From the NCBI GenBank assembly GCA_964422025.1, contig CAYQYZ010000003.1, positions 4,280-68,279 of the forward strand: a stretch of 64,000 bases of DNA, written 5' to 3'. Position numbers and translations under genes: made by a program. Below are positions 8,620-16,992 of the stretch, one piece after another (position 1 is the stretch's first letter; every line of letters starts with the position of its first letter). The notes below the pieces were generated by a model. It did no database searches. It saw only the letters and a list, made by a program, of their open reading frames with translations, and was not told where the DNA came from. This DNA is from an uncultured Gammaproteobacteria bacterium (lineage in GTDB: Bacteria > Patescibacteriota > Microgenomatia > UBA1406 > HO2-37-13b).

Positions 8620-9204
8620 ATGACAGAATCACAAATACTTAACACAGTTTCAGTTTACTTTAAAGAACATGGTTATGTTCCAAAAAGAGTAGTAGCTAAA
8701 AAACTGCTGATTGGTCAGAAATCACCTGATTTTGAAATATATTACTCTGGTGAATTGGACTACTATTGTGAGGTTAAAAGTCCTTTACTATTAATAAATA
8801 ATAAAACGCAACTTTTTCAGTGGACCACTACTATTTCAAAATTAAGAAATTTTATTCAATCTGCAGTACTTCAATTTACAGACATGGATTCTGATCACAA
8901 TAAACCATGGGTGCTACTCTTTACTTCAGATCATATGCAATTAAATTGGACAAACATGACTCATGCAATAACAGGTATTGTGGGATACGGTCAAACTATA
9001 ATTCGTGACTTAAGAGAATATGTAAAAGATAGTGAAATAGATTTAAAGAAAATAGACATGTTTATTTGGTTTCAAATGAATCAAAGCACGGACATTCATC
9101 AGGTCAGATTCTTCATTAATGCTGGCTCAAAATTTAAGAGAAGATGCGAAAATATACAGGAAAAACTTAGACCGGTTGCAGGTGAAGTCTCTTTTAATAA
9201 TTGA
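8620..9204 (+). CDS. hypothetical PD-(D/E)xK nuclease-fold-like protein
   Basis: SPDFEIYYSGELDYYCEVKSP matches the PD...(13 aa)...E-x-K core motif (nt 8725-8778). Confidence 0.5.
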   Translation: MTESQILNTVSVYFKEHGYVPKRVVAKKLLIGQKSPDFEIYYSGELDYYCEVKSPLLLINNKTQLFQWTTTISKLRNFIQSAVLQFTDMDSDHNKPWVLLFTSDHMQLNWTNMTHAITGIVGYGQTIIRDLREYVKDSEIDLKKIDMFIWFQMNQSTDIHQVRFFINAGSKFKRRCENIQEKLRPVAGEVSFNN

Positions 9205-9260
9205 TATACTGTGCTTAGAAAGCTTGAAGTGGGTTCCTGAAGATAAATCAAAAGTAGTAA

Positions 9261-9884
9261 ATGAATAATATGAATGACGCATATAAAACAGAGCGAAAAG
9301 CAGTACAAGTAGATACAATGTGGAATGCCGACACAATCGGGCCTGCTTACTTTTGTATTTATTGCTTCCATGAAAATAAAGATTATCCAGCATATTGTTC
9401 TCACTGTGGACATGTCTCAACAATTTATAAGGCACCTAGTGATGTAAAAAAATTTACTCGATGTCATAATCATAAAGATAAAAATGCTGTCGGATGGTGT
9501 GCATTGTGTGCTAAACCAATCTGCGAGATTTGTGATAGTGAAGGCAAGAAACCAGATGATTATTTCGACTACACTGTTAATTTGAAATGTAAGACATGCG
9601 TTGAAGAATCAAATAGGCTACAGCAAGAACATGAACAACATGTTATTGCGGAAAAAGCTTGTTCTAGACATGAAGAAATAGATTACATTAATAAATGTAC
9701 AACATGTGGTACTCAGATGTGTTCTAACTGTTCCTATGGTTTAGTAACAATAAAAGGTAGATTCTTTAAAAGCGAAGAAGTAACTGGGCCTTATTGCCTT
9801 CTTTGTTTAAGGCAGGCGCGAGTAGAAAAAACATCTAGCAATAGTGGGAGTTGGAAGCCATACGAAGCAGATAAAAAGTTCTAG
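9261..9884 (+). CDS. Cys-rich zinc-finger protein: N-terminal zinc ribbon plus two B-box-like modules
   Basis: C-x2-C-x10-C-x2-C is followed by two copies of C-x2-H-x8-C-x2-C-x4-C-x2-C (C68-C91 and C134-C157). Each copy is followed by a distal CxxC. Confidence 0.6.
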   Translation: MNNMNDAYKTERKAVQVDTMWNADTIGPAYFCIYCFHENKDYPAYCSHCGHVSTIYKAPSDVKKFTRCHNHKDKNAVGWCALCAKPICEICDSEGKKPDDYFDYTVNLKCKTCVEESNRLQQEHEQHVIAEKACSRHEEIDYINKCTTCGTQMCSNCSYGLVTIKGRFFKSEEVTGPYCLLCLRQARVEKTSSNSGSWKPYEADKKF

Positions 9885-9940
9885 TTTGTCCCATTGAATG
9901 GGCACATGTAAAATCCCCTCACCTCCTGTATACTATCCCC

Positions 9941-11443
9941 ATGCCTCTTTCAAAATCCGACTTCATGCTGTATCTTCGCCATCCGGGTTGGTTGTGGCTT
10001 AAAAAGCATAATAAGGAAATTCTTCCGATTGTGGATACTGTTTTGCAATCTATGTTTGACGAAGGTAATGTGTTTGAACAGTATGCGAGCCAATTGTTTC
10101 CCAGTGGAGAACGGGTTGGTTTTAGCATGCAAGAACGCAATTACGGATCAATGCCAGTGCGTACCATGCAGGTAATTAAACAAGGAGCTAGCACAATTTT
10201 CCAAGGTCGACTTGAAGCAATTAATTGCACCTGTATATTTGATGTTATACAGCGGGTAGGCGATAGCGAAACGGAATTTGATCTCTATGAAATTAAATCG
10301 AGTACGAGTGTTAAGGTTGATCATATTCACGATCTAGCATTCCAAACAATTGTATTAGAAGAAGCCGGTTTAACCATACGCAATATCTATGTAATCTATG
10401 TGAATAATGAATATGCCCGATCCGGAGAAATTGATGTGAATTTGATTACAAAACAATCAGAAGTTACGCAAGAAGTTCGCCAGCATTTAGATGAAACACG
10501 CGAATCTATTAAGAATGCATTATTAGTGGCAGCCAGTCCAACTCCTCCGGATTTTTCACCACGTCATGTTGGTTTGGGCGCGTTAAAAGAATGGCTTGAT
10601 ATTCATAAACTACTGCATCCTGCAAAACATGACTATCCAATTTCTAAATTAACCCGAATTTCTGCACAGCTCTATGGTGAATTGGAAGATTTAGGAATTG
10701 ATCATATAGCTAATATTCCCGAAACGCTCGATCTTCATCCAAAACAAAAAACGCAAATTACTGCAACAAAAAATAATGCGCGGGCAGTCGATACAAAAGC
10801 TATTTCGTCATTTCTGGAATCCATAAGCTACCCATTGTATTTTTTAGATTACGAAACGTATGCGCAAGTAATTCCACGATACGACGGTTTTGTTCCGTAT
10901 CAACAGGTGCCATTTCAATATTCGCTTCACATACTATCAAAACCAAATGGAGAAGTAACGCATAAAGAATTTCTTCATCTTTCTACTTCTAATCCGGTAG
11001 TTCCATTGGTTGAGCAACTCCAAAAAGATATCGGCTCAACAGGAACCGTCATGGTGTGGTATGAAAAGTTTGAAAAAACGCGAAATACTGAAATGGGAAA
11101 GCTAGTGCCAGAATATGCCCCATTTTTAGAACAACTTAATAATCGAATTATCGATTTAATGGTTCCTTTTTCGACTGATTTATTTATCGATAAAGATTTT
11201 TATGGAAGCGCATCGATTAAGAAAGTGTTACCGGTGTTAATTCCTGAGCTGTCGCATAAGGATTTAGCAATTCAAGAAGGAATGACCGCATCGCTTACGT
11301 GGAAAAAGCTTGTATTTGACAATGCCTATTCAGAAAATAAAGATGAAATTATTTCCCAATTATTAGAATATTGTAAGCTCGACACCTTAGCGATGGTAAA
11401 ATTATATGAGTTTTTGATTAACATTAAACAATTTGAATCATAA
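9941..11443 (+). CDS. DUF2779-type protein: N-terminal RecB/Cas4-like PD-(D/E)xK nuclease fused to C-terminal DEDD (RNase H-like) exonuclease
   Basis: Contains FDVI...DLYEIKSS (D...ExK), then YFLDYETY (DxE exo motif I), and near the C-terminus YCKLDTLAMVKLYEFL (exo motif III-like). TATACT at 9929-9934 lies 6 nt before the ATG. Confidence 0.65.
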   Translation: MPLSKSDFMLYLRHPGWLWLKKHNKEILPIVDTVLQSMFDEGNVFEQYASQLFPSGERVGFSMQERNYGSMPVRTMQVIKQGASTIFQGRLEAINCTCIFDVIQRVGDSETEFDLYEIKSSTSVKVDHIHDLAFQTIVLEEAGLTIRNIYVIYVNNEYARSGEIDVNLITKQSEVTQEVRQHLDETRESIKNALLVAASPTPPDFSPRHVGLGALKEWLDIHKLLHPAKHDYPISKLTRISAQLYGELEDLGIDHIANIPETLDLHPKQKTQITATKNNARAVDTKAISSFLESISYPLYFLDYETYAQVIPRYDGFVPYQQVPFQYSLHILSKPNGEVTHKEFLHLSTSNPVVPLVEQLQKDIGSTGTVMVWYEKFEKTRNTEMGKLVPEYAPFLEQLNNRIIDLMVPFSTDLFIDKDFYGSASIKKVLPVLIPELSHKDLAIQEGMTASLTWKKLVFDNAYSENKDEIISQLLEYCKLDTLAMVKLYEFLINIKQFES

Positions 11444-11453
11444 ATACCCATTC

Positions 11454-12593
11454 ATGCTTCGTCATACAAATAATAAATCACTCGGTCATCGTATCCTGAA
11501 TATCGTAATGGCTTTTGCAAAAATTGCATTCGTATTGTTTGTCTTAACCTTTCTTCTTGAACTGCAATTGGAGAATGATGACCTATCAAAACGGTTAGAA
11601 AATATTGAAAACAAACTTGGTGGTTCGTCAAAGATTACGTGTAATGAAGCTGATTCAATCAAAAAAGCTCGGCGGTCAGTTGTTCGAGTTGTTGGCGGTG
11701 AAGCGGAAGGCTCAGGTTTTGCGCTGAATTTTATTCAGAACACGATTATTACCAACTTTCATGTTATCGAATTTGAACCAAGTCCCAAGGTAATTTTTCC
11801 CGATAACACATTTGCAACCGCAACAATTATGATGGCTGATAAAGATGCTGATATTGCCGTTCTTAAAATTGATAAAGTCCTTCCTAAACTCTCATTGGGA
11901 TCATCAAACGATCTTACGTCACCATCATCAGTGTTGGCTCTTGGATACCCTCTTGGTGGACAACTTATTGGAGAGACGTCAGTTGTTAAAGGATCATATT
12001 CAGCACAAAGGATTGCCAAGGATATTGATGTCTCCTATATTCAAACAGATGCTACATATAATGGTGGCATGAGCGGAGGACCGATGATCGATGAGTGCGG
12101 TGCGGTAGTGGGTATGACAACGGCAGGAACCGGTGGTCTTGGCCTTGGGATTTCAATTGAATCGCTTAAGGACAAAATTATTCAAATGAAACTTGCATCA
12201 GACCCAGTGCATGATATTGTGCGGATTGATTTTCAACCGAATAAAAGCCCACTCGATGCCGTTTCTTCTTTTTATAACTATCTTAAAATTAGAAAGCTTG
12301 AAAGTGCGTTTGCATTGTTGTCTGACAATTTTCTAAAAGGGGGTAGTTTTGCCCAATGGAAAAAAGGGTATCAGTCGCTTCTTGATACGACTGTTATTAA
12401 AATTGTGGCAGATGAAACAAAGGAAAATGTAGTGAATGTCAAATTATCCACTAAAAATATGATCGATGATGAAATTGTATATAAATATTTTGAGGGTTCG
12501 TGGGAAGTGAAAGAAGTTAATGGTAACCTTACGCTTTGGCAACCAAAGATCCGCGAAGTAGAAGATCCAAGCCCTATCTGGTTTTATGAGTAG
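11454..12593 (+). CDS. membrane-anchored trypsin-like (S1/DegP-type) serine protease with uncharacterised C-terminal domain
   Basis: An N-terminal TM helix is followed by triad contexts TNFHV, DIAVLKI and GMSGGPM. The ATG is 10 nt after the DUF2779 stop, and the TTG-extended ORF from 11433 overlaps that stop. Confidence 0.7.
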   Translation: MLRHTNNKSLGHRILNIVMAFAKIAFVLFVLTFLLELQLENDDLSKRLENIENKLGGSSKITCNEADSIKKARRSVVRVVGGEAEGSGFALNFIQNTIITNFHVIEFEPSPKVIFPDNTFATATIMMADKDADIAVLKIDKVLPKLSLGSSNDLTSPSSVLALGYPLGGQLIGETSVVKGSYSAQRIAKDIDVSYIQTDATYNGGMSGGPMIDECGAVVGMTTAGTGGLGLGISIESLKDKIIQMKLASDPVHDIVRIDFQPNKSPLDAVSSFYNYLKIRKLESAFALLSDNFLKGGSFAQWKKGYQSLLDTTVIKIVADETKENVVNVKLSTKNMIDDEIVYKYFEGSWEVKEVNGNLTLWQPKIREVEDPSPIWFYE

Positions 12594-12631
12594 TATACTT
12601 TACGCGACAGTAAACCTATTTTGAGATATAT

Positions 12632-12979
12632 ATGAACTACACCAACTTACTTCTCGTCATCCTAATACCAATCCTTTTGTATATTCTATATCATTTACGG
12701 ATTCTTACTGGTTTACTGCGCACGCGAAATGAAATAGAAGCGCAAGAGTTGGATCTGTTGCTATCCGAAGATGATAGAAAACCAGATCCGTTATTTAATG
12801 AGGTAATCAGCATTACACAAGAACACGATAAAATTACGACCGAATTGCTGCAAAATATATTTGATATCGGGTATGCCCGAGCATGTCAAATAATTGACCA
12901 GCTTGAAGAAGTAGGAATTGTATCAGCGCAGGTTGGCAATGAACCACGCAAGGTAATACGGAAGGTGCGAACTAATTAG
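12632..12979 (+). CDS. membrane-anchored stand-alone FtsK-gamma (winged-helix) domain protein
   Basis: An N-terminal TM helix is followed by LLQNIFDIGYARACQIIDQLEEVGIVSAQVGNEPRKVI. This aligns without gaps to the gamma domain of the ftsK in this window ([38 protein letters not shown]). Confidence 0.7.
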   Translation: MNYTNLLLVILIPILLYILYHLRILTGLLRTRNEIEAQELDLLLSEDDRKPDPLFNEVISITQEHDKITTELLQNIFDIGYARACQIIDQLEEVGIVSAQVGNEPRKVIRKVRTN

Positions 12980-12995
12980 TGAACTACTAAAAAAC

Positions 12996-13484
12996 ATGAA
13001 AAATAACACCATAATTCACCCACAAGTAAAAATTGGTCACGTGCATTTAACCGTTGCTGATCTTGATCGGTCTTTGGCTTTTTATCGTGACATTCTAGGA
13101 TTTCAAGTAACCGCGCAATATGGTGACCAGGCGGTGTTTTTATCGGCAGGCGGGTATCATCATCATATTGGCCTTAATACCTAGGCCGGAAAAGGGGTAA
13201 CTCCGCCACCTGCGCAGCATTCGGGTTTGTATCATTTTGCAATTTTATTTCCAACGCGGCGCGAATTGGCAACCGTTTATAAGCGGCTTAAAGACGCGCA
13301 GTATCCACTATCTGGCGCATCTGACCACGGTGTTTCTGAAGCTATTTACTTAGAAGACCCCGATTCTATTGGTATTGAACTATACGTTGATCGACCAGAA
13401 AAAGAATGGATCTGGGAAAATGGAAAAGTTGCTATGACCAGCAAACCGCTTGATTTGGAAGCGTTGCTTAAAACTCTCGATTAG
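12996..13484 (+). pseudogene. VOC/glyoxalase-dioxygenase family gene interrupted by a single in-frame TAG
   Basis: ORFs 12996-13184 and 13227-13484 are in the same frame. Read-through gives GGYHHHIGLNT-*-AGKGVTPPPAQHSGLYHFAILFP. The TAG at 13182 sits where I recall family members having Trp (TGG). Confidence 0.6.
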
Positions 13485-13531
13485 CAACGATAATATATCG
13501 ATAAATGATACTACGGTAGTAGAATATGATC

Positions 13532-14008
13532 ATGAAAAAAGGTTCAACGTTATTTTTAAAGATTGTTATTGTACTTATCGCAATCGGAGTGCTTGCGGGC
13601 TTAATTATTTTTCCTCAAACAGAAGGAAGAGCTGCTAACCTGGGTCTCATCGACATCTATAAAGATCCCCTTATCATTTTCGTTTATATCGGCTCAACTC
13701 CATTCTTCATCGGGCTGTATCAAGCGTTCAAATTGCTAAATCTTATCGATAAAGGCAAAGCATTTTCTCACGGTGCTATTACTACATTCAGGAATATGAA
13801 AATTGCTTCTTTTACACTTATTGGATTTATTGTGGCGGTACTACTTTTAATCCGTTTTAATGCTCCTGGCGAAGACGCAGCCGGTCCAACAGGATTGGGA
13901 ATAATTGTGTGTTTGATAACTGCTGTTATTGGAACTGCTGCTGCTATTTTTCAAAAACTTCTACAAAATGCGGTGGAAATAAAATCGGAAAATGATCTTA
14001 CTGTATAA
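13532..14008 (+). CDS. DUF2975-like membrane protein
   Basis: Four predicted TM segments, and the typical pairing with the downstream YozG-like small HTH regulator. TAGAAT at 13520-13525 suggests a leaderless start at the second ATG. The ORF track starts at 13526. Confidence 0.55.
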   Translation: MKKGSTLFLKIVIVLIAIGVLAGLIIFPQTEGRAANLGLIDIYKDPLIIFVYIGSTPFFIGLYQAFKLLNLIDKGKAFSHGAITTFRNMKIASFTLIGFIVAVLLLIRFNAPGEDAAGPTGLGIIVCLITAVIGTAAAIFQKLLQNAVEIKSENDLTV

Positions 14009-14014
14009 AAAAAT

Positions 14015-14221
14015 ATGGCAATAATAATCAATATCGATGTAATGTTGGCTAAACGTAAAATGAGCGTTACGCAGCTTACCGAAAAAGTAGGGATAACAAT
14101 GGCCAATCTTTCTATCTTAAAAAATGGAAAGGCAAAAGCTATCCGTTTTTCAACGTTGGAAGCGATCTGTGAAGCATTAGATTGCCAACCAGGAGATATT
14201 TTGGAATATAGAAAAGATTAA
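14015..14221 (+). CDS. small Cro/C1-type HTH transcriptional regulator (YozG-like)
   Basis: 68 aa containing MSVTQLTEKVGITMANLSILKNGKAKAIRFSTLEAICEALDCQPGDILEY. Confidence 0.8.
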   Translation: MAIIINIDVMLAKRKMSVTQLTEKVGITMANLSILKNGKAKAIRFSTLEAICEALDCQPGDILEYRKD

Positions 14222-14237
14222 TGCTATACTCAAATAT

Positions 14238-14852
14238 ATGGACCTCCTTCCCCAACTACTCAGCATATTTACACTCGGCTTTATTGGTGGATCAATTCCC
14301 GGATCTATTTTAGCTTCTACTTTTACTGAAGCTCTTAGAAAAGGCTTCATGGGAAGTCTACGAGTAATTATATTTGCACTAATTTCTGAAACCATCGTAG
14401 CCTCGTTAATAATGTTCGCACTCTTTTCGGTAAATATTCCTCAAAGTATTTATTACGGAATTTCCCTTATCGGTGCAGGAGTGTTAGTATGGCTTGCAAA
14501 GCAGGTATGGTCAATCACAAAAATAAACGATAAAGGAGAGCTATTCAGTTTCAAAAAAATCTTTTTGTTAACCATATTTAATGGGCCCCTTTGGATCGTG
14601 TGGTCCACAGTATGTGTTCCGCAAGCGTATGAATTAAATCAACAGATCTCAGGGGGACTCATAATTTTCATGATTCTTTTTGAGCTCGGATGGCTTACTG
14701 CAACACTTTTGTTAACATTCCTATTTTCCCGTTTTAGAACGTTACTTATAAAAGGCAAAATGATATCAGTCGTATTTAAAATATTTGCTTTTACCCTACT
14801 ATTCTTTGCAATTCGATTATTTCTGACAAGCGTCACATTTTTTTCTAAATAA
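14238..14852 (+). CDS. LysE-family-like exporter membrane protein
   Basis: About six TM segments with N-terminal FTLGFIGGSIPGS, like the LysE PGP motif. TATACT at 14225-14230 lies 7 nt before the ATG. Confidence 0.45.
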   Translation: MDLLPQLLSIFTLGFIGGSIPGSILASTFTEALRKGFMGSLRVIIFALISETIVASLIMFALFSVNIPQSIYYGISLIGAGVLVWLAKQVWSITKINDKGELFSFKKIFLLTIFNGPLWIVWSTVCVPQAYELNQQISGGLIIFMILFELGWLTATLLLTFLFSRFRTLLIKGKMISVVFKIFAFTLLFFAIRLFLTSVTFFSK

Positions 14853-15130
14853 TTCTTACACCTACCACTTTCTAAGCATGAGCATCATTTCATAATTTGA
14901 ACTTGAAAGAATGGGAAGTAAGTACAATAGCTATTTCAAGTATTCTCCAAAAGATTTTCGTGCCGTCGATCCATTCGGTTATTATTTGCGATTTGTAGAG
15001 CGATATAATTGGGTTGACGGTAGAGATGAAAAGGGAGACTCTGTTTCCAAATAAGAAGTCCGAACTTAGTCCAGTCGGGGAGCAAATAAACCTGTTTATA
15101 GAATTACTTTAATTTGCTAACATATAATAT

Positions 15131-15559
15131 ATGTCAACACTAAATCCTTGGATTAACTTCAACGGTAATGCGCAAGAAGCATTTACGTTTTATAAATCAG
15201 TATTCGGCACGGAGTTTGCCAAAGTAGTACGTTTCAAAGACATTGCGAGTGCTGAATTTCCAATACCAGAAAAAGAGGAAAATAAAATAATGTACATTGC
15301 ATTACCTATCGGTACAGATTCTATGCTGATTGCAAATGATGTTCCGGAGGTTATGGGGCAAGTAAATGAGCGTGAAAATAGAAGCAAGATTCTAGTAAGT
15401 ACGGAAAGTAAAGAAGAGGCTGACAGATTATTTACGGGCCTCTCGGCTGGAGCAGAAGTAGAAGGACCTATGGGAGACAGTCCATGGGGCACATACGCAG
15501 GTATGTTTCGAGATAAATTTGGTATTGAATGGATAATAGAATTTTCTCCTGATAATTAA
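15131..15559 (+). CDS. VOC family protein (PhnB/YjdN-like)
   Basis: 142 aa with N-terminus LNPWINFNGNAQEAFTFYKSVFG and a C-terminal DKFGIEW-type motif. Confidence 0.65.
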   Translation: MSTLNPWINFNGNAQEAFTFYKSVFGTEFAKVVRFKDIASAEFPIPEKEENKIMYIALPIGTDSMLIANDVPEVMGQVNERENRSKILVSTESKEEADRLFTGLSAGAEVEGPMGDSPWGTYAGMFRDKFGIEWIIEFSPDN

Positions 15560-15562
15560 ATT

Positions 15563-15943
15563 ATGGCAAAATATGTAGACGGATTTGTGCTGGTAGTTCC
15601 AAAAGACAAAACTGAGGAATATAAAAAAATGGCGCAAGACGGCCGTGATACATGGATGAAACATGGTGCGCTTGAATACTATGAATGTCGTGGTGATGAC
15701 CTTGTTCCACAAGAAATGGGCGGCCAAAAAGCCCGTGCATTTACTGAAATGACTGGAGCAACGGGTGATGAAACAGTGTGGTTTTCTTATATAGTTTTTA
15801 ATTCCAAAGAACATCGCGACGAGGTCAATGCTAAAGTGATGGAAGAAATGAATAAGCAGATGGAAGGAAAAACAGACATGACAATGCCTTTTGACATGAA
15901 ACGGATGGCGTACGGTGGTTTTCAAGTTGAAGTAGAAGGATAG
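15563..15943 (+). CDS. DUF1428 family protein
   Basis: 126 aa. Starts MAKYVDGFVLVVPKDKTEEYKKMA and ends GGFQVEV. Confidence 0.6.
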   Translation: MAKYVDGFVLVVPKDKTEEYKKMAQDGRDTWMKHGALEYYECRGDDLVPQEMGGQKARAFTEMTGATGDETVWFSYIVFNSKEHRDEVNAKVMEEMNKQMEGKTDMTMPFDMKRMAYGGFQVEVEG

Positions 15944-15984
15944 AATAGATGAGCGCGGTGAGTTCGTGCATTTAACGGAGCTAT

Positions 15985-16173
15985 CTACTTCCTAATCAAC
16001 CCAACCCTACGCAACACCTGATAAAAATTAATTGCATATCCCCATCCAAAAACGCGAGGAGTAATAATTCGTGTATCATCACGATTCCACCACCGCTCTT
16101 GTATTTTGGCTACCGTAGGTCTTCGAAAATCATACGGAATTTTTAGAAACATTCCATGCTTTAATTTACTCAT
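15985..16173 (-). CDS. small DUF5808-like protein
   Basis: Contains KIPYDFRRPTVAKIQERWWNRDDTRIITPRVFGWGYAINF. The start is refined to ATG 16173, preceded by TACAAT and a 6-nt spacer. The ORF track extends to 16275. Confidence 0.45.
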   Translation of the reverse strand: MSKLKHGMFLKIPYDFRRPTVAKIQERWWNRDDTRIITPRVFGWGYAINFYQVLRRVGLIRK

Positions 16174-16265
16174 GTATATATTGTACTCCTTTACTGTTTC
16201 TACCGGAGCATGTACGCCTGGGGTAATTTTATATTTTCTGCAGTATGTATATGGTACTATGTAGT

Positions 16266-16871
16266 ATGTCGTCATTAAGTAAATCGAACATGAAGTTCGT
16301 TATCGGAAGTATTTTTCTTTTAGTGATCGGCATTTTCATATATTTATATCAACGACCGTTCGCATTTTTCCTTAGAAATAGTAATTCTGTTCAGATGGAA
16401 GAAGTTACATTTAAGGACATGAAGCTGAAGTTGCCTTTGGAAAGCATTCAAACAAACCGTTACAACGGACTTGGAGCATTCTACACATTAGGAATCGATA
16501 AAAAGCAATTACAGAAAAATCAGTCGCCAATCGAATTCTCTGTAAATATTGATATGCGTGATTATGGCACACTTCCAGAAGATGAATTCCAAAAGTCGAT
16601 AATGGAGTATATTAAGGATGATCACGTATATCACGATAGTGTATGTGGATCAGGCCGTGTTGAGAAGCTCGGGAAAATTACTAGTGAATCATTGATGGGT
16701 TGGCAGTTTGAAGCTGATTGTTTGGGCAAAGTATACACATATTATATTATCGGTCCTGCACAGCAACTCTATACTATTTCAATGAAAATTGAACCTAAAA
16801 CGTATAAGGAGTCTTTCTATCGGGATATTATAGATACGTCTATTAAAAGTATCCGATTCGAACGGATCTGA
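16266..16871 (+). CDS. hypothetical membrane-anchored protein
   Basis: Has an N-terminal TM helix. The start is refined to ATG 16266, preceded by the extended -10 TGgTACTAT (16252-16260) and a 5-nt spacer. Confidence 0.5.
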   Translation: MSSLSKSNMKFVIGSIFLLVIGIFIYLYQRPFAFFLRNSNSVQMEEVTFKDMKLKLPLESIQTNRYNGLGAFYTLGIDKKQLQKNQSPIEFSVNIDMRDYGTLPEDEFQKSIMEYIKDDHVYHDSVCGSGRVEKLGKITSESLMGWQFEADCLGKVYTYYIIGPAQQLYTISMKIEPKTYKESFYRDIIDTSIKSIRFERI

Positions 16872-16992
16872 ATTTTTCATCATAAAAACATGAAGTATAA
16901 CTGCATACACTTCTGAAAGAGACCAAACACCAAAAATCCATAAGTAAAACTCTTGACAGTATACTAATGCTCGTAGTAAACTCATATCCTAT

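Noticed and set aside
1959-12979. Prophage or integrative element interpretation of the accessory block
   Set aside because: I recognised no integrase, recombinase, transposase, tRNA attachment site or phage structural gene, and I saw no flanking direct repeats by eye. I describe it only as a defence-island-like accessory block.
13182-13184. TAG reassignment or another alternative genetic code (including UGA recoding known in some CPR lineages)
   Set aside because: TAG terminates well-supported genes here (hsdMS at 6948-6950, the ITPase at 19281-19283). TGA terminates others (DUF2207 at 19255-19257, grpE at 51529-51531). Long housekeeping ORFs are intact under the standard code.
14911-15054. 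47-aa ORF (MGSKYNSYFKYSPKDFRAVDPFGYYLRFVERYNWVDGRDEKGDSVSK) in the 278-bp gap before the VOC gene
   Set aside because: It lacks the -10-plus-spacer geometry seen at real starts in this window and has only a weak purine-rich stretch upstream. No family was recognised. It could be real but is not supportable from sequence alone.
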